Translations under genes and position numbers: made by a program
The notes under the pieces: model-generated
The model's input: only the letters and a program-made list of their open reading frames with translations
The model's database searches: none
Told to the model about the DNA's origin: nothing
Origin: Bugula neritina
Taxonomy: Eukaryota > Animalia > Bryozoa
Reading direction: 5' to 3'
Assembly: GCA_964035545.1 (NCBI GenBank)
Contig: OZ037767.1
Span: 22,708,628 to 22,772,627, forward strand
Length of the DNA stretch: 64,000 nucleotides
Part shown: positions 13,901-26,600 of the stretch, in pieces
How the letters are laid out: each line of letters begins with the position of its first letter
Position numbering within the stretch: the first letter of the stretch is position 1

Positions 13901-15427
13901 AGCTGATGGCAGCTGAAAAAGCAAAGGTAATACTTTGCTTCGTGTCTCATTAAAGATCCACCTGCTGACTTTTGTGAACTTAAATAAGATTGGCAGCGAC
14001 TTGTGTGTGTATAATTGCAGGCAGCACCAAAAGTGGCTACTATGACAGGAAATGAAATGTCTGTCTCCTCCATTCAGGTTCATGTTTGCTCAATCTTAGA
14101 ACAGTCTTGCCGTGTGATGCTCGTTTATCTGTTTAGCATTTGTTATTGCCACTAGCTCTTCTGTTGGGGTCATTGCAAACTAGTAGCCTGTACTCAGGCT
14201 GTCAAAAGTAGTTTGCGCTGAGGCTACTAGCATCTTCAACACAAGTCCTTCATGTAGCTTCTTTTTGTTTCCTCCGTTCTTTTGTTTATTTCTTTCACAG
14301 TATTTTTGCACAACTTTGTTTACATAATTTATAATTCACGTCACCTTCATTTTAAAGTTTTCCCTCATAAACAATTATATTATTTAAAATCAGCAACATA
14401 GCTTTTTGAACATGTGTATATTATTATCTCATATCACACTGCTAAGCTCTTCTACTGTAAATTTAGTGTTCGAAGCTCTTTCTACATCTCAACATCTGCA
14501 TTCTGTTACCTATAAAATTCTTAATCACTAATCAACTATATTTACATTCTAAAGCATGTAGCTTTAAAATTAGAAGCTTCTAAATTAGCCCAGTGTCCGT
14601 TAGAGCTTGTCACAGTGTAATTCATGTGTAATTCTAAGGTTAATTTTTCTTATCCCAATATATTTTTTTCTTTTAAGTATTACTGGATGCATTTTACAGT
14701 AATTATCTAACATGAATGATCGACAAGGTAACTGCCTACTTTGATCGAGGTTGTTCATCATTGGAAAACTCTCTAAACCATCATAGCATCATTTTTAAAA
14801 AGTATAGCAAGTATTAGATTATGAGTATTAGATAGTAAATTTATGAATTTTTACCTAGTACCAAAATGCTTCAATATAAAATCTGTTTATATTGAATTTT
14901 TTACATTCAATCATGTGTGAGCAACTATTGGCTGCTTCTAGGATAACTCCAAGGAAAAGGAGGCAGCAAAGAGAGCTGATGCTGCTGAGTCAAGAGCTCG
15001 TGCTGCCGAAGATAAACTTAACAAGATTGCTAAGCTGGCATCTGCTTCTCCCGATAAAAAGATCAGTGTAAGTTGAAGCAGTATTCTAGTGCTGGATAGG
15101 ACAACTGCTATAATGACCTTGCTGTTGTAGAATTAGGTGCCATTATTAATGTAGGGGTGACAACTCCTAAAGGTATAAAATTGGTTACTTAGTTTTGTGC
15201 TTTCTGGTCTACTATTGTGTCACCATTTGCATTATTCACCAACTATTGGTTTATATTTATTATTATAATGAAATAGTTTTATATTCTGAGATTGACCCTC
15301 ACAATTTTAGGCTGATCAAGTGATGGCTATAATGAACAGTGGTGGGGGCGGTGCAGGATCCTCCCATGATAAGGCCCGAACTGAAAATATGGGTGCCGAA
15401 GGCTCAAGAGCTTGTAATATCATGTAG
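1974..15427 (+). CDS. KIF28: Kinesin-3 family motor, KIF28/KLP-6-like (motor + FHA + C-terminal region), ~23 coding exons
   Basis: Spliced exons give [14 protein letters not shown]|[16 protein letters not shown]-loop GQTGSGKS (4217-4260), switch I NATSSRAH, switch II LVDLAG|[43 protein letters not shown] region [14 protein letters not shown]...[29 protein letters not shown] and [10 protein letters not shown]. Last exon 15311-15427 ends ...SRACNIM*. Kinesin-3 assignment is firm; KIF28 orthology is less so. Confidence 0.85.
2016..3187 (+). other. U12-type (minor spliceosome) AT-AC intron
   Basis: 5' site ATATCCTTT at 2016, branch point TTCTTAAC at 3170-3177, AC acceptor at 3186-3187; splicing restores the conserved kinesin VRVRPF|NSRE in phase 0. 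Confidence 0.92.
5235..5483. mobile_element. MITE-like foldback element in a kinesin intron
   Basis: ~100-bp imperfect inverted arms (GCCCTTTTGAGAAGTCC...TGTCTCCTCCCA...CTAGGGGAACCTCCATGATGGAGAG versus its reverse complement at 5385-5483); TAA/TTA at the edges would fit a PIF/Harbinger-type MITE. Confidence 0.65.
6015..6028. promoter_or_regulatory. RFX X-box consensus match (intronic)
   Basis: GTAACC-AT-AGTAAC fits GTNRCC-N0-3-RGYAAC; function untested. Confidence 0.3.
6650..7055. repeat. Minisatellite, 10/20-bp unit (CTTAGCTTACCTTGACTCAC), decaying rightwards
   Basis: Direct inspection of the tandem units. Confidence 0.9.
9960..10721 (-). pseudogene. Decayed coding fragment antisense in a kinesin intron, resembling a protein-kinase C-terminus (NEK-like)
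   Basis: After a TTTTCAG acceptor it reads [35 protein letters not shown], similar to kinase subdomain XI (LL..D..KRP.A..IL); several stops, including TGA where Arg (CGA) is expected. Confidence 0.3.
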
Positions 15428-17676
15428 CTCTCTGTTGGTCTAGTGTCTTTAGGTATATGCAATGTTTAATAGATGCCAACTTTTATGCTTATGCAATTGA
15501 AATAAGTTTGTTAAAATCTTGCAAAAACATGATTTAGAAAACATCATCTGTTACATAACATAACTTGATCACAGTTTCTATAACTTATAGAGTAATCACT
15601 GAATGTACTGAAAGGTTTAACAATGTTGCCTATGTGATAGTTATATATTTAATTTCTTTTGCCTTATAATGAATGGTTTTATTGACATAATATAACTTCT
15701 GGCATTTAATGGGATAATTTATATAAAACAAAAATATAATGATGTAAAAAAACAATTTTTTATAAGTTTGTGATTTGAGTAAATCCTATATTATTGTGTC
15801 TTGTTTCTCAATAACTTTCAGCTTATACTTATTTTTTGTGATCTTAATTTTTATATATTGTCATTTATGATTTTTACTCTATGCTTATTTCAAAAGCTTC
15901 ATTAATTTTTATGCATTCTAAAAATTATTTATTACATTTGTAATTTACTTTATAATATATTATTTAAATCTTCTTTGGGAGTTGTCCACTTATTTCTTAC
16001 ATGTAGAAGTGTCACATGATAGTAATGCTACTGCGAATTACACTCGAGATATTATAATGTAGATTTTTTATATGGTCTAAAAACAAAAGTTGATTTCATG
16101 ACCAGTATTCACGCACACAAAATGTTGCAACATGTAATATATTATTCCGCATTATAACCTACAACAAATGTAAGCTTATGGCCAGCAACAGTAATCTACT
16201 GTGAGTTTGCTTTCTAAGCTTGAATATTATTACTAGGCTTTCCTTGCTACCGTTTTTGATATCCTGCAAGTTCTAATTGCACAACCAAAAATGTATTTTA
16301 CATCTTCACTTGCAAAGAATTGACCTCGTATTGCGATCATTATAACCTTAAACTTTCAAGACATGTTAATCTGTATAATCATCTTATACTAAAATCATTC
16401 AATAAACATACACATACATACAAACATACATATATAACAGACTATAACAGATCTAGAGCAATCGTCCAACAATCATGATATAAACTGATAACCAAGAAAT
16501 GTACTCTGTTTCTAAGGTACTAAAGTAATACATAATTCATCAAGACATAGTGATAGATGTCACTAACAGAGCTTTGCAGGAGCTATGGTGCATCGAATCA
16601 GGATTGCAATACAATTTACTAAGAGTTCTGTTACTTATCCCATAAATATTGTCTATTATAACCCATGATAGTGACAATTTTTTCAGAAGATAAACTCAAT
16701 TGAGGCTGCATCTTTATTCTACATATTCATGTTATATTAAAACATTTACAGAGTATTTACAGATAGGAATACCTTTACAAACTGGAAAGCAACAGATTCT
16801 GTACATAAGAAAGAAGTGGTATGATATTGAACATGAAGATTACACTGTTAATTGACTATACAATTAGAAAGACGTTTATCATTTAGGAATCAATAACGAT
16901 TGAAAGAGGGGACAATTCCTGTACACACAACAGTTCTGAAGTCGAAATAGAACAGTTAGAACACACTTATAAAAGTAAATAAATAGTTACAACTGCTATG
17001 TCCTATGGTACATAATTTACAGCATGTAATAATACAAAACTTTGAGCATGTTGGTATAATCTATATGACTATAGATAAATAACCATGCTTAACTTAAAAA
17101 TAACATAATAATTGCAATATTAGTAAACGCAAATATCAACATTGTAGTAATACAAGCTGCAATCATGCATTTAAATTCCTAAGAAAATATCATTACTCTA
17201 GTTTATAATTTCAATCGGCATGAGTTATCAGCAGGTACGAGTCATTCACATGTACGAGTTATTCACAGGTAGGAGTTATCCGCAGGTACATAGGGTAAAG
17301 GTACACAGTGTCGCAGTAGCACGAAGTGGTAATCTCTCTGGTCTGCATGCATTCTGAATCTCTGCTTTCCCACTCCACATCTCATTCATATCTGAAAGCA
17401 AGTCTAGAATTTCAGAGACAAATACTCCATTACTCCTTCATGTCATCAGCTTGTTTGAACAAATATTTGTTAAAACGGACAGCTTTTCAAATACAACTTT
17501 CTAACAAATTCAACATTAGATATTATCATGAATTAGCAACTAAAAGCATCTACAGATGCCATGTCTACAGGTTAATAAAACAATGTATGACGTATGTTGA
17601 AAAATAACAATTGAGCAAAAAATACTCCAACACAAACCTAAGGCTATATTTATAGGTCTAATTGTTGTAACCAAGG

Positions 17677-20600
17677 CTACGAATCTTGTCGCTGTACTTG
17701 TTGTATTTCCCATAAGCAATTGACTATCGGACTAGAAGCCTCCATCGAACTGCCAGCTATCAGTGCCAAGTCACTCTCATGTTTCTTCAGCAAACTGAAA
17801 GAAAAGACCAACTTAACATCTGTTGGTGGAAGGCAAATGGAATCTCATGAGACCTTAGCATCGGTTGTAGAGTGTTTATACTGCTAACTAGCACATTCTC
17901 AAATACACTTAGCCCTGTGAACACACTCCATACAGCGAATTAACATCCCGTATGATTGGTCTAGCATATCACTGTCTACCCGTGCACACAGCCGAAACAT
18001 GGCGTGCACTGTGTATATATATACATATAGGTACACGTACATATATGTATATATATATAATGTAACATATGCATTATCTTATATTTACTGTTGCTATAGT
18101 AGTACAGAACAAATAAAACATTTATATGTGAAAGACTTACGCTCGACCAGTAGATGAATAGCGACATATATTACGTAATATCAGGGCTGCAGTAAATCTT
18201 ATGTGCTTAGTTACTGGACCTTCTCTGGCATCCTAAACACATACAAGTATAATTAATGGCTAGTAATATTTTAAGGCAGGACAATTTCTGTTAGCTAACT
18301 CATTTTTTAAAACAAATATTGAAAAACCAGAAACGATCTGTCAGTTAATCAAGACACAATGAAAAACTTGTCTTCTTTTTTGCTGCATCCATATTGGCTA
18401 AACATAAGTGAATAAATAAATACTTCTGTATAAAATCAACAAATGATTGCCAGGGCTCTGTGGGTGTAGCCTCAGAGTCTATACGTACCATAAACTCAGG
18501 GTACGGGGGTTTGGGATAGTTCCTAGTAATAGCTATGCGAGATGCCTGTGGGGTGTATATGCTAGCACACTGCTGGGCAGACTGTGTTGGTACGATTCCC
18601 TTCTCTCGGTCAGCCAGCGCCTTGGCCAGTGCTGAGTCACTCGTGTGTTTCTCCTACAAGACCGAGTAACAGACTTGGCATCAGAGCTACTTACAGGGCG
18701 GCAGCAAAGAAACCTGAACTACATGCTGCTACGGCAGCATATGCATTCAGCAAGTGTTTTCATTTGACGATTTTTCAGCTCCAATCAGCTGTTTTCAGCT
18801 TTTACTCTTGAGATGTCTAAATCTAATAATTAATTTAATAAATACAAACTTCTGCCTATAAAAAAGCAGCCTGGAAGGCAGCGCAGAATGACCAACCAAT
18901 CACAAGTTAGTAATGCAACTGCAAGCAATTTATTATATGCACTTTTTGTGGTTCCAACTTAAAAGAGAGTAGAGAACTATCAATCTACTCCTTAGCTTAC
19001 TGATGAAAGAACCAACGTATTCCAACACTTACATTAACGTGCGAGACAAGGGCCCAGCGCTTTCTCTCCACTCTATCACAACCAGCCCAGAGGCATGTAC
19101 CGGCCTGGTTGGTGTGACACCCACTGACGTGCTTCCTGAGCAGCGAGCAGGTGCTGAAGCAAGAGCCACACAGCTCCCACAGACACTTGTACTGGCCAGC
19201 CGAGTCTGGCAATGACTGACGACTATCGGTGGACGCGTTGGATCGTCTTCTCTTGCGACTGGCAGACTTCCTGCCAGAAGACGAGGCAGGGGAGACTAGA
19301 GGTAATTTGGAGGAGGTTAGAGACGTGTCTGCCGTGCAAACGGTGACGGGGTTCAGGGGCTGGGTCGGTACAATGATGCCACTTTTCAATGGAGGTGTAA
19401 CGGAATTAGATATACTGTCAACTACAGTGGGTATATGGTTGGGTGATTGCTCCAGAGTGACTGGTGTTGATTTGCCTGAACTTTGATTGGCTGATGGGTC
19501 TTGAGCTGATAGCTGATTGGTTGATAAGTTATGAGGTGAACGTTGGCTAGAGAAAGTGTCAGGAGGGTCTGGTTTGTCTGAGGATTGAGAGTTGTGGGAG
19601 ACGGAGAGTTGGGTGGAAGAGGAGGACTGGGAGGCCAGACTGTCCCCTGAATGGTGACGTCGGTGTTCTACAACGAGTACACATTACATACAGTAGATGT
19701 ACACTCGCTGACTCTACACACACTCTGCTGACTCTACACACACTCTGCTGACTCTACACACACTCCGCTGACTCTACACACACTCTGCTGACTCTACACA
19801 CACTCTGCTGACTCTACACACACTCTGCTGACTCTACACACAATCTGCTGACTCTACACACACTCTGCTGACTCTACACATACTCTGATGACTCTACACA
19901 CACTCTGCTGACTCTACACACACTTTGCTGACTCTACACACACTCTGCCGACTCTAAACACATTCTGATGACTAGTTAGTGATACATACAGATACTAACC
20001 TCATCATTTTACACAACTACAGCATCAACACTACAAACTCAGCACAAGAAGACCACAAAGTGCCAGACTTACCTGTTGGCTGTTTCAGGGAGCTGGTGAG
20101 GGGTCTCTCATCAGGTATGCTGGCGATCATCTTCTCCAGTCCATTAATGAAGCCGTTTTTAGAGAGCAACGGCTTAGTTAGACCATCTCCTTCGCCGTTC
20201 ACAAAGCTCGCAATATCCGCCTTTTTGTGATTGGCCAGATGACTGTTCCCATTGGTCAGCTTCTTGCCCGCTTTACCTGGCTCAGCATGCATGCTGTCAC
20301 TATCACTACTCAAACTACCATTGCATACGGGAGCAGAGTTCACGGGTTCTGCACCACGGGGAGTCGCCTGCTCTACACCTTTACTGTCACCCAGTTTGGT
20401 AGACTGGCTGTTCGAGTCAGCTGTGTTCATATTCTCACCAGAATGTTTATCACCGGAGGTACTTATCGAATCGTTACTGCTGTGGTCATTGCCTGCGGCT
20501 AACACTCCATTCTGCTTGCAGTCAGGATTGTCAGTAGGCAACGCGTCGCTTGGCAAACAGGAAGTCACATCATGCCGCAACTTCTTACTAGACTTTTGAT

Positions 20601-23600
20601 TAGACTTAGAGCTTGGAGTAGTGGACACGGGCAGGGGGTTCTCCACCCTCTCTATCTTAGCCAAAGAAGCACCATTCACGAAACTCTCTACCTTCTCTGC
20701 AGTGCCACAAACCTAAACACAGATGAATATAGGTGATGCTAGCGTATGCCCAGTGAGAAGGGGAACATACAGTATGAAGCTACAGGGAACCAACACTACA
20801 CACAGCACACTGTACCTGCAGTTCCATTGAGCTGGCCGGGGAGACTGGGGGTAGCGGTGAGTCTCCAATAGACCTTGATCTTGGAGAAGTGCTGTTTGAG
20901 GCGAGGCCACCTCGACGTCCCGACTTGAGGCTGCTGCTCTTAGCCTTAGTGGAGAGAGTACTGCTGGCACTACTGTTGGATCTCGGTCTATCTACTGGCT
21001 CACCAAGCAGCATGCTGCGTAGCATGACGTCAGTCGGCTGAGAGGAAGGAGACGATACTCTGGGAGGCATTACGGCAGCGTTACCTACAATAAAGTCAGC
21101 AGGTTTAAAACAAAACAGACTTACCAGTGATGTAATGAAATGATACACCACAAGAACTGCCACTCATCACGCCGCGTAACGAACCTGATGCCAGCATATG
21201 CTGACTATTGTACGCTGGAGGAAGGGGGTTGGTTGGTCTGAGAGAAGGAGTGGATGCAGGCTGCAAGTGCTGGGGAGGTTTCCACCGGATGCCTGTGACA
21301 TAAAAATAATGTATTATAGTACTGAGAATACAATTATATGCTATGAGATGTAGAAATCCGAGCCATGTGTTTGAACTGTGTACAGGCAAAGCTTTCTGCA
21401 TGTCACCAGAGAATTGGTATAATAGTATGAAATACAAAAGGTGAAGAAAACCAACTCAAAACTTTTGAAGCTAAAAGCAAATGGCAAAGTAAAGACAACT
21501 TCCGCTGTTGAAGCAAATGATTTCATTTAAATGCAAAACTTAAAACGGGAGAGTTTTCAGTCTATCTATTTCATGTATATACATATTATAGCCGTTTGCC
21601 TCTCACCTTGTAACTGACTTTCAACTCCAGATGGCACCAGCTCGCTGTATGGGAACACCTTCTTCACACAGCTAACAAATATATTGGGAGAGACGGGGTG
21701 GGCGAGCAATCCGCCCCGTCTCTGCAGCCACGTGACGTACTCATGGTGTATCTTAGCAGTCAGCACCAGAGCCCCAGGGTAGGGCTCATAGTTGGCTCTC
21801 AGCCAATTGCATGCGACCTGTAAAGTTCACTAGCCGTGAATACATCGTCATGTTATGTGTGGTCATGCAGTGTGGTGTTACAGTGTGGTGTTACAACGTG
21901 GTAGTATAATGTGTTAGTAGAGTGTGGTAGTACAATGTGTTAGTACAGTGTGTTAGTACAGTGTGGTAGTACAGTGTGTTAGTACAGTGTGGTAGTAGAG
22001 TGTGGTAGTACAGTGGGTTAGTACAACGTGGTAGTAGAATTTGTTAGTAGAGACACTGATTTCAATTTAACTCTTCAAACTGGACTCCAATGACAGGATT
22101 ATGGAGTTGCCCACACACAATCATTAATCAAAGGTTTAAAGAAGGTCACAAATTCAGATTAAGATATGCTCAGCCATAGCATGCAACAGTGTTTAACAGA
22201 TGCAGTGTGCAACACAATTTCACTACAGCCTAACTGTACAATACACAAGGAACAGTTACCTGCTCAGGGCTCATTGAGGCCAGGTTCTGGGGCGTGGCAG
22301 GAAGTATGTGTTTCTGAGGGGGTAGCAGACCTGGTCGGACGGAGGACGGCGAGCCGGGGCGGTAGTGGGGAGAGAACGGAGCTTGCGACTGCGGAGATCT
22401 TTGCAATGCGGCAGCGTGAGGAGGTGGAGGCGTAACGGCAGCTGGAGGTGTGACCGGTCTGGGTGGCAACGCGTGCATAGGTTGACCTTGGTGTGTCCTT
22501 GAAAGCGGACGAGAAGTAGATGGTGCAGCTGGCGGGCCCATCATTGTGCCGATGGGACGCGAGTGCGGTCTAGGTGGTTGATGAGCTTGAGATTGCGAGG
22601 GCACACCGTGATCTCTCACAATTATACCTCCCAGCGCGGATTCACCGAATGACTGAGTCTCCACTGTGATCAGGTTGAAGAGGAAGTCTAAAAGAGAGGG
22701 AATGCAGCATATAGTATAGAGTTGTATATATAAAGTTGAAAATATAGAGTTGTATATTATACAGAATAGTATATAGAAATAGATATAGAGAGTTGTATGT
22801 GTATAGAATATTAACTACTCACCTATTGAATGTCTTACACCGGCTATCGACTCACACGGACCTTCACCAATCTCAGAGAGGTAGTAGAGGGCGTCTAGAG
22901 ACGCGACAATGAGCTGCAAGTCATAAAGTCTGGCCAGAGCAACCACCTGCACGTAGATGTCACGGGAGAGAGACTCAACCAGTATGTCTTCATTCCGCTC
23001 CACTTGTGACAGCATGGCGATGGTCTGGAGAGCTAACGGAACAGTAGAATAGTATAGACTACACATTAGAATAGTATAGACTACATATTAGAGTAGTATA
23101 GACTACACATTAGAGTAGTATAGACTACACATTAGAATAGTATAGACTACACATTAGAATAGTATAGACTACATATTAGAATAGTGTAGACTATATACTT
23201 TGCCTCTGTGAGAATAAATTGGACTCACAGTCTATGTGAGAAAAGAAAATATTACTTATGAATTTTGGGTGAAAATTTCTAGTCCACTGCTGATGAACTC
23301 AGTGCACAGGATGCATTATAGGGAGAGTTGACGACTCCCATTACAAGAAGAGAAACCTACAAAGAAAGACCAGCTGTAGACTTACCATTGACTAGTTCCA
23401 ACTTGTCTGTTGATTGTATCCACTTATATACACTTCTGATGACCAGCTGGGTAGATGATTCGTGTATCGCAGGTAAAATATACTAAAAATAATAGGAAAA
23501 ACGGAGTGAAAGGACATCTACTGCAGCCGTAGCAGGCAAGTGGCTTTACCCACGGAGCAGACAGTAGAGGCAAAGGCACGAACACAGACAGGCTCACCTT

Positions 23601-26600
23601 TTTAGATATATTGGCTAGAAGATCCATTCCGTTTCGCTTGAGTTGAGGGTAAGAGCTGTGACAGCAGAGTAAAGTAAAGTTGAAGACGAGTGGACTCTCT
23701 GACAGAGCGACAGCATTGGCAGCATCAAATGAAAGATTCCGTATTATGTTAGACACCTGCGGGCAAACACAACAGTACACATTAATGTAACCAGGCAAAG
23801 CCGTCATAGTCGGGTTGCCTAGGAACAACAACTCCAAGTATTTTCTATTATTATCATGAAATGAAAAAATGACAAAAGCATCACACCCAAATTCACTAAA
23901 AAACTAGGATAAAACATAAAAAATTAAACAAAATTAGAAAAAAATCTTGCTTATTCAGCTGTGTTTGTTAATATTTTATCAGCTTAATACAAAAAAAACT
24001 TTATACATCAGTTGCTAAACTGTGAAAAATAGCAGAAAACTAGAAGTATATAGTGTGTACTAAATTGAGTAAAATGACTCAGTTTATGAAAGTTGAACTG
24101 GATTTATAGATTTCTCAAAATATTACCAAAATAGAAGGAATACTTCAGCACTACTGAACAAAGTTTAATAAAGTAGAACAAACAGCCAGTAGTGTACGCT
24201 GCTAACCTGATGCACTCGACAGTAAATGCTGTCGCTGCCAATATGGTCCCTGCCAAGATGGAGGACAGCGGAACCAGCCTTGCGGCGCTTCCGACTAATA
24301 TAGCACTCCTCGTCTTGCACTCTGTGTTCACTACATGATATCAGGTCTTGGAGATCCGACCCTAAGTCTAACTCATCACAGTCTAACGACTCGTACCAGA
24401 ACTACAACGAACCAATGGTAAGTATATAATATACTACTATGTATATACACAGTGGTATAAGTACATAATATACTATACATACACAGTGGTATAAGTATAT
24501 AATATACTATACATACACAGTGGTATAAGTATATAATATACTATACATACACAGTGGTATAAGTATATAATATACTATACATACACAGTGGTATAAGTAT
24601 ATAATATACTATACATACACAGTGGTATAAGTATATAATATACTATACATACACAGTGGCATAAGTATATAATATACTATACATACACAGTGGTATAAGT
24701 ATATAATATACTATACATACACAGTGGTATAAGTATATAATATACTATACATACACAGTGGTATAAGTATATAATATACTATACATACACAGTGGTATAA
24801 GTATATAATATGCTATACATACACAGTGGTATAAGTATATAATATACTATACATACACAGTGGTATAAGTATATAATATACTATACACACAGTTATCACC
24901 AGTAACAACAGTCTTGTGCAATGTATTAAATGTCACAAGACACTGAGCTATGATTTATTTAGCCATTCTTAAAGCTAATACAATGCAATAAGAACAACAT
25001 AATGTATCAACACATCCACTCTTTCCACCAAATTGAAAAAAAGAAACCTTTGGCAAACCAGTTGGTTTGTTCAAGTCTCTCATATTAGTTGATACAATAT
25101 TTCAAGTAGAGAAGACCAAACATAAGATCATAGGAAATTCCACCAACACCTGCTACTCAAAATACCTGGGTAAAGTTTCTGTTGGTCTTTGGGAACCATT
25201 CACTAAAGTAGAGAGGTTTGAGAGAGGAAGAGTGGGAGAAGAGGCCGACATGGGCGAGGAGCAAGTCGATGAGGTTCCTGTGACGCAGCAGTTTGATTGA
25301 GTTGGGACTCTCCACCGACATCAGGCAGCAGACGTTGATGGCAAAGTCCACCTCGTTTGGCAAACCTGCAACAAATAGGATAAGCTATAGTACATTATAT
25401 AATATTGTATATCTTCCAATACTCTACAGTATACATTGAGCAGCTTCATATATTATAGTATATTTCATGCTTTCCTATTTTATATATTGTACATCTTCAT
25501 ACATCGTATATTGTATACCATACTATAATATATATTGTATATTATATATATTCATACAACATATATTGCATAGTTTCTTTATAAGCTACAAAGGACTAGC
25601 CTACATGTGTGATGTCAACCAATAGTTTTGCAAAGAAACAGTCCAGTTTTGACAAAAAGTGTAAGACACACGGCAACAACTGAAAGTGGGGCTATGCTGG
25701 ACCAGCACCTGGCAGCACGTGTGGGCTTATCCTGTTGTATGGCCCTGTCATTGAACTTCTCTGCTGCACCAGTTGTAAGCTTGCAGCAAAAGTAAGAGGA
25801 GGGAAAATACCAGTTTTTACCACGGAATTGATTTTTTGTAAATAGTTTGGCACCTGTCTACTTGCTCTTACTATGCTGATAGCTAGGTAATCCTTTCTAA
25901 CATCTAACCTACAGAGACCTCAGCTACTGTGTTGTATTAGTATTGTGGTACAGTTGTATAGGTAATTTAGAACTTTTTATATCGGTGATTGTGTAAGCCA
26001 CTAACCAAACATATGTCACATCAGGGCATACCTCTTTCATCACATTATAGGCACGAGTTTTTGTGACTGAAATAAACAGCTTCAACATTAAGCCAATCAT
26101 ATAGTCAGTTCAAAAATGCATTTCCTCTACAATGCTAAACATGCGTTGAAAAATTGAATTGTAAAAATAAGCATCAAAAAGCTAAGCTTGCCAAATATGA
26201 CCATTTTCACATTTGCAGCCTTTGACACCAAAAGACTGGATCGAACAGGTGAGGGTATGCTATGACATGGGCACAGTGTTTTTAAGGAGCTAGCCTAAGA
26301 TGTGAGAACGTAGTAGTACTGTATAGAGGGCTGAGTATAATACTGCGGACAGAGTATGCCCACTAAATAGTGTAAACAATCAGTAGTCAACACACTGGAG
26401 CACAATGAATATAACGAGCATACGCGCCTCCCATTGGACTAGTAGCTATACTAGTAACAGACGTAACGCGTTCAATCGATGCTCACTCGGATGATACATT
26501 CTTAGCAGCTGCCACTCACACAATGTACTGCATAGCTATGCGTGCGTGTGGCAAACAGCATCTTGTGGCCGAGCCTGCTCTGCCCGACTGAGTACGCATG

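Noticed and set aside
15428-17676. Overlapping convergent 3' UTRs of the kinesin gene and ARID2
   Set aside because: AATAAA candidates (+16401; - strand ~16713 and ~15927) allow either overlap or none; cannot be decided from sequence.
19003-20599. Plus-strand ORFs overlapping ARID2 exons
   Set aside because: Antisense shadows of GC-richer, low-complexity ARID2 coding exons.
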